49,184 nucleotides of DNA from Ministeria vibrans ATCC 50519 (Eukaryota; Protista; Filasterea): the NCBI GenBank assembly GCA_943704425.1, contig CALSCP010000324.1:22732-71915 (forward strand), in the 5' to 3' direction. Positions 21,292-35,306 of the stretch are shown here, one piece after another. The notes under the pieces were generated by a model, which was not told the DNA's origin, ran no database searches, and was given only the letters and a program-made list of their open reading frames with translations. Both the position numbers and the translations under genes were made by a program. How positions within the stretch are numbered: the first letter of the stretch is position 1; every line of letters begins with the position of its first letter.

Positions 21292-24200
21292 GGGGGCGGG
21301 GAATTGACACTGTTGCTTTTTTTTTCTTGCAGGAGCATACGCACTACGAGCTGGTACAATCGACAAACCCCGAGCTGAACAAAGCGGTGATTCGCATCAA
21401 TGTGTTCCGGACGCATCGACAGACGATTCACTACATCCATCCGCGCGACGCCGCCAAGCTGACACACGCTGAGCTTTTGGTGATTGACGAGGCAGCGGCC
21501 ATTCCACTGCCATTTGTGCAGGCGCTCATGGGCCCCTACCTTGTCTTCATGGCCAGCACCATCAATGGCTACGAGGGCACGGGTCGCTCGCTCTCCCTCA
21601 AACTCATCCAGAAGCTGCGTCAGCAAAGTGCCACGTCGAGTCAGCAAGGCGCATCAGTGACGGCGCGTACTCTGCGCGAGATTACGCTGCACGAACCCAT
21701 TCGTTACGGTCTGCACGATCCCATCGAGCGCTGGCTCTACCGCGTGCTTTGCCTCGATGCCGCCACCGAGTCCGCCAATGCCCCGCTTGGCAAGACGCTC
21801 TCCGCCGGCGCTTGTCCGCCCCCCGCTCGCTGCGAACTTTTCTACATCAATCGTGACACACTCTTTTCATTTCACAAGGTGCCCTCTTGCGTGCAAAGTG
21901 CGTTCGTTTGAACCGAATGAACTGAACGCGTCATTGTCGTCTTGTGTTCTTTAGGCGTCAGAGGATTTTCTGCAGCGCCTGATGGCACTCTACGTGAGTG
22001 CGCACTACAAGAACACACCTAACGACCTGCAGCTCATGTCGGATGCACCCGCCCATCACCTCTTCTGTCTGCTGGGCCCTGTTGATCCCAACGAGGCCGC
22101 TCTTCCCGAAGTTCTCTGTGTTGTGCAGGTGAGTAGGATGAATATGATCATACCGTTGGGGGTTGGGAAATGGGGGATTGTGCCGAGTGTATGCTGAAAA
22201 ATTGTACAGGTGTGCATTGAAGGAGAGATCAGCCGACAGACCATGGCAAGTTCGCTTGCGCGTGGTGTGCGTGCCAGTGGCGATCTCATTCCTTGGATGA
22301 TCTCGCAGCAGTTTCAAGGTGACCACAGTCGAGTACAGCCGAGTGTTTCATAGACACTGACAACTCATCTGTGTGTAGACAATGAGTTTGCGAGTCTGTC
22401 GGGGGCGCGCATTGTACGAATTGCCACGCATCCCGACTACTCCGGGATGGGCTATGGCACGCGTGCCCTGGCACTGTTGCAGAAGTACTACCAGGGCGAC
22501 ATCATGGGCGACCTGGCCGAGGGCGCCGGAAGCGCATCAGCCACGTCCAAAACGTACGACAAGCTGTCATCACGTATAGTTGTTATTCATTTTGGGTTTA
22601 TGATGCCGTGCTTTTTGTGTGCTGGGTGTAGGTCAACCTCGAGCAATGGTAGCGAAGGATCATCGCTTTTGGACGAGCGTCTGGTGCCGCGACGACACAG
22701 TGCGCCACTGCTGAGTCGCTTGGCCGAACGACCCGCCGAACGACTGCACTACTTGGGTGTGAGCTACGGCATGACCAAACAACTGTATCGTTTCTGGAAG
22801 AAGGTAGACACGAACACTTTACGCGTTACAGAAAACGAAATGAATCATTGCGATTGATTGATTTTGATTTTAAATTTTTGATTTCGATTTTGATTTTGAT
22901 TTTGATTTTGATTTTGATTTTGATTTTGATTTTTTTTTGTTTTTTTTTTGTAGAACGGTTTCACACCAGTGTACCTGCGACAGACAACCAACGAGTTGAC
23001 AGGCGAGCATTCATGCATTATGCTTCGTGAACTTGCAGTGGATCCGTTGCGCATGACTGTGTCCGCCCCGGAGAACTGGCTCAACTCATACTGGCTCGGT
23101 ACTCCTGCGCACCTGTGTGCATGACGACGTGATCTGACTTATCTTGTTTTTAGACTTTCGCAAGCGCTTTGTGTCACTGCTGAGCATTTCCTTTCGCTCC
23201 TTCTCAACGTCGACTGCTCTGTCCATTTTGGAGCGCTCTGGCGATGCGAGTCTCAAACTGGCCGAGGACAGTGTCGGTGCGGCAGTGAAGACGAAGAATG
23301 CGGTGGATTGATTTTGTATGTCTGTAGATTTGGACGCAAGCGATGTGCGTCGACTGTTCACTGTGTACGATGTGAAGCGACTGGAGACGTACGCAGCGAA
23401 TTTGGTGGACTACCACATTGTTCTTGATCTTGTACCTCAGTTGGCGCGACTGTGGTTCCTCCGTCAGCTCAACGTAACGTGGATGGGTTGAATTTCAAGT
23501 TGCTGATATTTTTTCGTTTTACCTTGTTGTAGGCGAGTCTGACGGCAGTGCAGTGCAGCATTCTGCTTGGAATTGGTCTGCAAGCCAAGTCGATTGACGA
23601 TCTTGAGGTACGATTGCTGCTGTGCAGCGCACAACACACACTGATTGGGCGTGGTGCACTGTGTAGAAAGAACTCAACTTGCCCTCGGCGCAACTGATGG
23701 CGCTGTTCAACAAGACGGTGCGCAAACTGACCCAGAAACTGCGCTCCGCCTTTGAGGAGGAGATTGCGGCACGTCTGCCGACACTGGCTAAGCAACGCGA
23801 GCAGGAGGTGGAGATGGAGCCGCTGCGCGAGAGTGTTGACGAGGAACTGAGCAAGGCAGGAGAGAGTGTTCCTGAGTCAACGACAACGACATCGACCGCA
23901 TCCAAAGGACCCAAGCTGCCCTTCTCGGATGCAGTGTCCTTGAGTCAGTATGCGATTGATGGCACTGACGAGGCATGGACCGAGGCGCTGGCGACCGGCT
24001 CTGCCTCCGTCGTCTCCGTTAAAGGTACGCGTTCTACCCAGCCGTGTTCTCTTTTACACGGTTACCTCAATATGTTCAAATTTTAAATGTTGCGTGTGCT
24101 CGATCGTGTTCACCCGTGCCCCATCTTGCTTTTTACTTGCTCCTTTTTCATTTTGTTTCATCTTGTTCCTCTTGTTCACTGATTTATCTATGCCCAGTCT

Positions 24201-24451
24201 TGGTCGCCTACGCTCTGTATTCACTTACGATTTTGCTGTTTGTTATTTCTTCTTCTTTTTACTTCTTCCTCGCAACTGTGACCGATAATTCTTGCTCACT
24301 CGCTGTTCATTCTGCAGGCGAGAAGCGCAAGAAGCGTCTTGAGAATGAAGCAGAGCGCAACAGTGACCTGAAGCGCCTGCGCAAGTCGGAAGAGGACACG
24401 GGAATCAGCGGCTATGTGCCCAAGAAGAAGAAGTCAAAGTCAAAGAAGTGA
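16957..24451 (+). CDS. NAT10: RNA cytidine acetyltransferase NAT10/Kre33, multi-exon (interrupted at 18457-21332 by a foreign block)
   Basis: [130 protein letters not shown] and a basic C-terminal tail. Confidence 0.95.
18566..19163 (+). CDS. 3' half of a MAP kinase kinase (STE7/MEK family); N-terminal exons absent from this location
   Basis: Exons approx. 18566-18709, 18774-18953, 19013-19163 read [77 protein letters not shown]. Confidence 0.85.
19251..20490 (-). CDS. RING-HC + TRAF-type zinc fingers + coiled coil + KCTD/T1-type BTB protein with C-terminal ribosomal P-protein motif (approx. 362 aa, 2 exons)
   Basis: Exon 1 20490-20478 (ATGAATCCTTTCG|gtaagt) and exon 2 20326-19251 give: [50 protein letters not shown] (RING); [33 protein letters not shown] (TRAF zinc fingers); [34 protein letters not shown] (BTB); ends [14 protein letters not shown]. 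Confidence 0.9.
21253..21260. other. Scaffold gap (N run) followed by poly-T
   Basis: nnnnnnnn, then a T run at 21261-21289. Confidence 0.99.
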
Positions 24452-24499
24452 ACAAGATTTATTTCAGTATATATAAGGACGAGGCTGAGGGAGGGTCAT

Positions 24500-25327
24500 T
24501 TAGGAGCTTTCGGGCACAGCAATGGATTCCCAGTTGTGGTTGTCTGCCTTCCGCATGGAAATTTCCACTTTGGTCACTCCAATGATCACTTTGCTTTCAC
24601 TTGGATTGATCACCTAAGAGAGACCAAGGAGAGCCGGGTTGTTTAGGACGCATCGGTGGTCATACATTGGTCGTACTCCGCGTAGATCAACATTATGTTC
24701 AAACTCAAGGCCATCGTCATAGACTACGGTCGCACGCAGCTACGCAGTGTAGGATCAGCACGCATCTGTATTTTTTCTTCTTCATGTTTTTTTTTTTGTT
24801 TTTTCACTGTCATTACCTTTGTGGGATTAATTTTGAATGAAGACTTCTCGTAGTTGACATTTTTGACGTAAATGGCAACGGACACAGTGGTGGGAGTCTG
24901 GAACCAGTCGTTGCGCAGTTGCGTCTGCTTGAGGCGTTCAGTCTCGCGCTGCGCCTCCGTCTTGAACCACGCGTGCCCGTCTGCGTGTTCAGTGCACCCC
25001 TTCTGATCCAAGAAACAGTCAAAGTCCGTCGTGCGTTTCTCGCAACACGACCAAAACTTGTTTCCCTCGTGAAAGACGGGCGAGCCGGGGTGGTAGAAGC
25101 ACTCTGCGCTCTGGCTGCCGGTATACACAGCCCGGCATGCCTGACGCTGACACACCGTCCCATCCTCCGGCACACCTCCCGTACGCTCCACAGCAGCACC
25201 CTCCGCGTCGGCTGCATTTGCTTCGGCCGCCGCCGCCGCCGCCGCCGCTTTGCGAGCCTGCTCTTCCTTTGCCTTCTCGAATGCCTAATGGTCCGTCTCA
25301 GTATTCGACACGTCGCACCGACACACA

Positions 25328-25362
<35 letters not shown>

Positions 25363-26072
25363 AGCTCGACACCTTCTTTGCCCCTGGAAGCACCAACAGT
25401 TTCGCATCCACCAGTTCGTCATTGCTCTCGGGACGGAGGCCAAGGGGCTACAAAGAAATCGCATATCGAAGTGTCAACAAACCAGTTAGACTAACTAAGT
25501 CGCGATCAGTGCTGCTCACTTTGGGCGGTGGCGCGGCAGACACGCTAAACGACTCGCCCTGTAGAGCAAGCGCAGGTTGAATATGACATAGTCTAGTGGA
25601 CAGGCTACACTTACAGGCTTGAGCTTGTCCGCTTCGTTCGCCTTGGGCTTCTCCGGCTCGATCGGCTTCACGTTGGAGTGACGGCCCTTTGTGCATCTAC
25701 AGCAAGAGACGACGGGCGTCAGAATGCGCCTGGCGCGTGCCATCGGCATACCCGGGTATTTCAAGGAACTCGGTGAAGTCGGTCACGCGCTTCTTGCAGC
25801 AGCTCCAGCCCTTGACACACCGAAATTGCCAGAATCACTCGGTTGGTGCGCTCGTGCAGTGCACTCTGTCTCCTACCTTGTATCCTTCGTGGAAGATGGG
25901 CCCGCCCGGGTGGTGCTGGCATGCCAACTCGGAGTTGTCCGCCTCGTCAAAACTCTGGTTGCACGACTGCAGCAGGGAGGGCGGAGAGCGCCCTGGCATG
26001 AGCAGCGCACACTCGAAAAAAAAAAAGAAAAAAATCCACCTCAAGTACCTTATTGTAGCATTTCAAAGACAT
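24500..26072 (-). CDS. CHORDC1: CHORD-domain protein (CHORDC1/Morgana/RAR1-like Hsp90 co-chaperone; 2 CHORD + CS), multi-exon
   Basis: [75 protein letters not shown]; CS domain RNDWFQTPTTVSVAIY..TKVEISMRKA..W. Confidence 0.93.
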
Positions 26073-26469
26073 CGCTCGGGTGGATCTGCTTGGTATGGCA
26101 CGTCCCTGTGTATACTGTCTGGGCGCAAACAAGCTACTCGACGCGTCCGCGATTGATCTCTCGACTCACGAGAAAAAAAAAAAAAGTGAGGTGAAGACTG
26201 AAGGCTGAAGAGTAGTCGCATCCAGTGAAAAATTCAAAAGTAGTGGAGAGTGCATTGTTGAAGGTGGGCGAGGAACGATGTAATTTCGCCATTGGAATGC
26301 ATGGTATGATGAAGAGTGCCGTTGGAATATGATCCGCGGGGAAGGTGTGAGAGATTAGAGGCATGCGGGCGAATGGGGGAGCGATCTTGGCGAGCCTCCG
26401 AGCATTTGCGTCACTAACTCCTTTTTCCTGCCGCACGCGCAAAGGATACATTTTTTAATACGATTCACC

Positions 26470-29400
26470 ATGTCGTTGTATGGAGAAGGGCCTCCGCCAC
26501 TTGTAAGTGACTCGCGACGGGAATGCGTTTGTCGCTGCCGCAGTCTCGACGAAAAAAGTGTTTTTGTACAGACGAAGATCCGTTTATGCCAAGGCCCTCA
26601 CGCTACACAAGCGCGCCCTCGACCGGGTGTGCCGTTGGCTGTGTGTGTTGCGTGATCCTGCGCGAATGACTCGTGCCCGCCCCGCGTGTGTTCGCTTTGG
26701 GCAGAGTTTTGCTTTTCAACGCAACGCGTGACGTTACGTTTTTTTTTGTGGTGTGTTCTTTCCCATCTTAACCCGCAACGACTGCTTCCCTGTTTCTTGT
26801 CGATGGTATACGAGTGCATTGTGCTGAGTCGCTGGCCCCTTTGCGTACTCCCTGCTAAATGTTGTAAATGTTACCAAAATGTTTTTTCTTTTTTTTTTCT
26901 TTTTTTTTTTTTTGCGTCGCCAATGCAACACCATGTATGACACGCTGCGTGCACGACTGACCGAGGCTGGGTTTACTAGGAGCTGAAGCCAGCACTGGGC
27001 GACACGGCGGTGTACGCAGACGAGACTGTGCGGGAGAGCATCTACGGTGCGAACAAAAAAAAAAAGAAGAAGAAGATGACAATTGTGGTGGGATGGGTTT
27101 GGGTGGGGCGCCGCTTTGTGACTGACTGTGTCTCTGGTTGTGCCTCATATGGGGTGTTCGTGTAGGGCTGACGGGCAGCGACGCTCCGATTCTTGCTAAT
27201 GGGGACTCTCTCGCGGCGCAACCAAAGGAAAAGAAGGCATCGAATAGTTCGCTGCCTCCTTTGGAAGACGCCAGCGAGTACGTCGGGAGGGAGCCGACGG
27301 GCTACGAAGTGTCGGCGAATGCGATTGTCTACGCGCGAATTACATCGCTGCTGGACACACTGCTGACCAAGCTGGAGGACGACGCAGAGAGTGGCGAGTC
27401 GAAACCGAAAACGTCACGGTTGCCATCGAGCACGGGGACGGTCGGGAGGACAAGCAACTTTGCATCCGAAGCGGCCTTTCGAGCGGGTCAACAGTGCATC
27501 CAGTCGGGCGACATGGACGACGCAGTGAAGTTGTTTCAGGAAGCGGCGGAGCGCGGTCACGCTGGCGCCATGGTGAGTCTGGGCAACTGCCTGAGCGAGG
27601 GCCTTGCCATCGAGAAGGACGAAATTGCCGCAGCGCAGTGGTTTGAGCGTGCCGCGGAAATGGGTCATGCGGATGCGTTGACGTGTTTGGGCACGTGTTT
27701 TGCCAAGGGACGTGGGGTGGAAAAGAACAAAGAGCGCGCGGCAGAGTTGTACGGTGCGGCGGCGGCGCGTGGCTCGATCAAGGCCATGTTCAACCTGGGT
27801 TGGTGCTACGAGCACGGCATGGGAGTGTCCAAGGACGATCAGAAGTCGCGAGCGATGTACAAACAGGCGGCGGAGAATGGCGATGCCAAGGCGCAGTTTA
27901 TGCTGGGGCGATGCTACTACGAGGGCAAGGGAGTCACGCGCGACCTGCCGACCACCGTGCTCTACTACACCCGCGCCGCCAAGGGAGGCCATCCGGAGGC
28001 GCAGTTCAATCTGGGCTGTCTGTACGCAAACGGCGAGGGTGTGGTGCGCGACGAGTTGCGCGCTGTGCGCTACTACAAGGACGCCGCCGATAGTGGCCTC
28101 GAGAAGGCTCGCGACCAGATTGAGGCTATCCGACGCTACGCCGTTGCGCTCCATGCAATCGGCTTGCTCAACCTCGAAGCGCCCGCCGAGGAGCGTGTCA
28201 TGCCACCGCCCGTGCCGCAACGGTCGCTGTCGTTGCGCAAGAAGAAGAGGGATATCATCAATGGAGAGTCGAAGAAGAAGGTGTGGCGTGCGCTCGACGA
28301 GAGTGAGAAGTCCGTGACACGCACCTCGTCGATACGGCGCTTTTTCACGCGCGCTCGAAGTCAGAGCGCGCGCGGCAACAACAGTCATTTGTTTACGCCA
28401 GCATCCGAGTCGGACCGCAAGATCAGCTTTGACAAGGAGCCATCGTCGTCGCCGCTGGCCACGACACGAAGTTCGTCGGGTACCACGACACCCGATAAGC
28501 AGCGATCGCTACTGTCGTTGCGTCGACCCAGGAAGAACAAGCGTGATGTGAATTCGACGCCACCGATGACTGCCGAGTCGCCACCACCGTCGGACACATC
28601 AGATGTGGTACCCTGCTCACCCGAACGCAAACGTCTTCAAGCACTGCGTCTTGACGGTGCGACCACATCGTCGTCCAACGACCGTACGGTGGCCGCCTTT
28701 GAAATGAGTACGGTGCCACGCATCGGACGCGGCCTCGTACTCGGTCCGTCACTGGAGAGTGGCGCTGGCGAGCGAGGCGCTGGCGAGCGTGGCTCGGTTG
28801 TGCTGGGCGGACCATTGCCCGGGTCGCAGCCGCGCAAACTGTCGCTGACGAAGAAGCCGATGCTGCAGGCGGTGCCGCTGAAGACGGCGGAAGAAGGCGA
28901 CGCTATGACGGGCCTTTACGACTCGCTGTGGTCGATTAAGGAGGATCCGCGCTACCAGTCGCAGTCGTTGCGACACAACAGTATGCCGTCGCGCTTCAAG
29001 GACAACGTGACGGGCAGCAACGGGAGCGGCGGAAGCGGCTCGAGCACCCTGGAAGGCGACGACGACGACGAGAGTGGCTACGTACGGCGGAGCAACTCGG
29101 CACCGACGGTTGCGGTCAACCTGGTCGCCGGGGACTCAGACGAGGAGGGTCGAGAGGTGCGAGGAAAGGATGAGACACATGAGCCACTGTCGGAGGAGCT
29201 GTTTGGCAAGGTGGAGGCGATGGTGAAGCGGATGCTTGCGGACAACCCGGACGACGAGCTGCCGCCTAGACTGCAACAACTGATGGATCACATTGAGCAG
29301 AGGCGCAAGAACCAGGCGATGGGCATTGCGGCTCCACGAGCCCCTCGTGGTGGCGTTGTCAGCAGCATGTTTCAGCAGGAATCTACGTACGAGGTGGTCA

Positions 29401-29495
29401 CTGACAATATGGTGGACAGTGCGCGCACCGAACTGTTTGATCTGTTGTCGCGCGAGGGCGGGACCACTCGTGTTTCCGTCTTGCCCACCGAGTGA
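26470..29495 (+). CDS. SEL1-like repeat protein with long disordered C-terminus (5' exons tentative; main exon 27166-29495)
   Basis: About 5-6 SLR repeats ([33 protein letters not shown]; [18 protein letters not shown]; [15 protein letters not shown]; [15 protein letters not shown]). Acceptor tgtag at 27165; the upstream exons from ATG 26470 are a guess. Confidence 0.8.
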
Positions 29496-29521
29496 CCAAC
29501 ATTGCCTTCACGGTTGTACAC

Positions 29522-29641
<120 letters not shown>

Positions 29642-29954
29642 CGATGGGTGAGGAGAAGAGAGAGAGAGCGAAAAGAGACGGATCGTTTTTTTTGTCATTT
29701 GTTATACTAGCAGTACACATCATAACTATTAATAATTATTATTACTATTCTCAGTATAATAATAATAAATAATTACTTAATAATAATATAATAGTCATAC
29801 TAATTATTCTAAGATAATAATTTATTATCGTAACAAAAATAATACCAAAAGACGATTAATATTCATGATTAATAACAATCTTGAATCTATAATTATTTTA
29901 TCTTTATTTTTTCTATTTGCGACCAACTTGCTAGCGGCGATTCTGAGGACTGAG

Positions 29955-31460
29955 ATGGGGGGAGGATCATCTAAAATTGACGGGGTGCTTAGCGAGGCAC
30001 CGGAAAGCACTCGAGTTTTTGGATTGGAAAATTTCGGCAACACTTGCTATGCGAATTCTGTGTTGCAGGCGCTCTATTCGTGCCATCCATTCCGTGCACA
30101 CGTCTTACAGCATGTAGGTTCACGCGAGAGCGTTTCTCTCTCTTTCTCCGGGGAGCGAGTGGAGAGTGGAAAACGACGCCAACTGAACTTGCCCTTTGCT
30201 GTGTGTAGAGTCGTGTGGAAGCGCACGAGAACGACGACTCGTTGTTGAGGAGACTCGGCGAGCTGTTTGAAACGATCGAAGATCAAAAGAAAAAGACGGG
30301 TAGGGCAGAAGGAGGAGACGAGAGAGGAGACGCACAACGATAATAATGCGTCCCTGTCCGTCTGTCGTCTGTGTGTGTAGGTGTCGTCGCCCCTCGCAAA
30401 TTTGTTAGCAAAGTGCGCTCGGAGAACGCCCTTTTTAGTGGATATATGCATCAGGTAAGTAAAGATGGTGTAGAGCTAGCGAGTAAAGGATAGTAATTAA
30501 GAGAAAGAGAATCGAGAGCTGTACGACATAATTATTTTATTATTATTATTATTATGAGTATTATTATTATTAGTAGTAGTATTAATTATTATTGTTTGTG
30601 TGTAGGACGCTCATGAGTTCCTCAATTATGTTCTGAATTCCATCTCGGAGCTGCTTGAAAAGCGTGAGAAGGAAAAGATTGAGCGCAAAGGCAGCAAAGG
30701 TGTTGGGACAGCGAGTGTTGATCGCGGGGACACGCCGCCCAAGCCCAAGACGTGGGTACATAACATATTCGCCGGCGTACTGAGCACCGAGACGACGTGT
30801 CTCAATTGTGAGTGTGTGAGCACGCGTGACGAGGAGTTCCTGGACTTGAGCATTGATATTTCGCCGAATGCAAGCATCTCGGGGTGTCTTCGACAGTTTA
30901 GCGAATTGGAAGTGATGCGAGGCGACCAAAAGTACCACTGCGACTCGTGTAACAGCCTTCAGGAAGCGACGCGCGGGATGCGGGTCAAAGCACTGCCTAC
31001 GGTCCTTGCGTTGCATCTAAAGCGATTCAAGTACATGGAACATTTGCAACGACACCAAAAGCTACATTCTCGTGTCGTGTTCCCGCGAGAACTTCGACTG
31101 TTCACAACGACGGGGCATGCGACGCGCGACGACCGCATGTACGACTTGCTTGCAGTGGTGGTGCATGTGGGAGCAGGGCCATCGCACGGGCACTATGTGG
31201 CGCTGGTGCGCATGTGGCAGACACCGCACTGGATTGTGTTTGACGACGATGTGGTGCGCCTTGTCGACGCATCCGCCATCGACGAGTTTTTCGGCTCGCC
31301 TGACGTTGCCTCAGCCCGCGGCACCTCCACTGGTTACATTCTCTTCTACCAGACGCGTCCTGGCGCAGTGGGCGACGCTGTGCCTGTCTACCCCTCTCCC
31401 GACGAGCCAGTCGACCCTGCTGGGGACGATGTCGAGGACCCGGTCTCCTCCGTCCCCTGA
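29955..31460 (+). CDS. USP46: Ubiquitin-specific protease USP12/USP46 family, multi-exon
   Basis: MGGGSSK..FGLENFGNTCYANSVLQALY (Cys box), GYMHQDAHEFLNYVLN, TWVHNIFAGVLSTETTCLNCE, LALHLKRFKY, VVHVGAGPSHGHYV (His box), TGYILFYQ. Confidence 0.93.
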
Positions 31461-31621
31461 CTGGCGCACGCTGTTCAAACACGCTCGACTGTACACTTTC
31501 TCCTTATATAAAAATAATAACAATCATGATTAATTTTTAATCTAATTATTGTGACGATTATTACGAACGACGTAAACGTCTTTTGATCGGGTTTCAGGTG
31601 TGTTGCTAAAATTGTGATTCA

Positions 31622-33160
<1,539 letters not shown>

Positions 33161-33466
33161 CGAAAACAAAATCAATAAAATATAATTAATCTCGAGCATA
33201 ATGATTAGGTCATTAGTCAGTTGTGCTGTAAAATTCTAGGGACTAACGCCCATAGATACCATTTGCCGCTCTTGATCAATGATGGAAGGAAATGCAAGAC
33301 AAACCACTCTCACATTTTACAGGAGCATCAAAAGGAAGTGCAAACAAACAACAATTATCGTGAGCGACTAAGGGGGTCTTGAGTCGAGACAAGGGAGGGA
33401 GACAGGCTGATGCAATGGAAGAGTCTATTTTTGTTCAATGAAACAAACAAAGCCACAGCGAAGCTT

Positions 33467-35137
33467 TTACATTTCCGTTGTGCGCGGAAAGCGGCGTTGG
33501 ACAGCCTGATACAGCTCGTGAGCTTGCGTCCGCCCGTGTGATTTCCAGTGTTCGGTTGCCGCCTAGAATACGAGCATTAGTAGGAGGTGAAAGGGATGAG
33601 ACTCGAGCGTACGGCAACGTCTTGGGGATCGGCTGTCACAGGCAGACTCACGTCAGCGCCGACAAGGGCACGGCCAATGCCACAGCCGACGGCACCGGCG
33701 TCCCACCAGGCAGACACGTTGCTGGGAGAGATGCCACCCGAGGGCATGATGTTGAGTGCGGCCAGGGGAGTGACGCCCAGCATGGACTTGAGGACGGACG
33801 GGGAGGAGACAAGGGATGCATGAAACAGCTTGATAAATGATGCACCGCGTCGATAGCACGACCACCTGAGCGTGTTTTAAATGGGAAAGAGAGATAGAGC
33901 GAGAACATTGTTAAGCTATAAATGGTAGTCAGATGGCGCTAGCGCACGTACCATTCGTTGGTAGTGAACGCAGACGGAACGGGCACAACGTCGAGACGCA
34001 AGCAGGTCTCGATGAAGCCGAGCGGGTTAATGGGTGATAGAAAGAAGCGAGCTCCAAGCTGCTTGGCAGTCGCAATGTCACACACAGAATCATCCATGAC
34101 AGTGCCCACACCAAGCACCACGTCAGCACTAATAGGAATGCGACTGCGCAGCGTGCTCAACACACGCTGCCACTCCACCGTGTCAAGGGTCACTTCCAGC
34201 GCACGCGCACCCATCGCCACAAGCTCGAGCTACAAAACAGAGAATGGAAGGGCGGAACGGTGAGGAGTATTAGTCAAGAGAGCAAAGGCATCACAAACAA
34301 CACAACACGTACGCCTCGCTCAATGGCAACGTCGGGGTTCTTGGCGCGGATAATAGACACGACGCCGCACGTGCGCAACATATGACTCGTCTGCTCAAGC
34401 TCACTAGACGCAACCACCGACCCGCCACTGACGAGTGCCTCCGTGCCGCTCCAGCGCGCCTCACTCTCGTCCAACTGCGCACGGTCGACACGTGAAAAGT
34501 CGCCCTTGGTCTCCTGACACAAAGCGGCCATGAGATCGGCGCGACGCAACGCACGCGAATCCAGAACGTTGTCCATACACCAATCAGCAAAGCCCGCCGC
34601 CCACGCACTTCCCCCACCACACTCCTCCTGCACCTGATGCACCACCACGGTGTCCTGCGTCGACACCCATTCCGACGCTGTCCACATCACACTCCATCGT
34701 CGCTGTACCCCCGTCTGAGTGTCGCGCGTCTTGAAGCAGCTCGCAAGACGAGGAACACCACTGGCGCGGCGAACAGCCGCGCCATACGCGTGCCACTCGT
34801 CCATGCTTGCCGTCTCCTCCATTGACGGCTGGACCAGCTCGAGACCAAGGTGTTCGGCCAGATCGCAAATGCTGCCACGGCTCATGATCAGCACATACAG
34901 CGACGCCAAATAGGGCTTCATAACGTCCCAAAGGGTCGCAAACGAACCGAGCTGCTTCCGATGGTTGAAATCGAGCGAAAGAGTGGCACCCTGCGAAACG
35001 GCTGCGTCCATGGCACGGCACCACCAGATACAACTCTGCTGCGACACGAGAGGCGTAATTCCCGTCGCGTGCACCCACACAGACCTGCAATGCAATTTCC
35101 AATGCAAAAGATCAATAATAATAATTATTAATTATTC

Positions 35138-35181
<44 letters not shown>

Positions 35182-35262
35182 GTATTATTATTATTATTAT
35201 TATAGTAGTAGTATTGTTATTATTATCATAGTATTATAACTATTAAATTATTATATATTATA

Positions 35263-35306
<44 letters not shown>

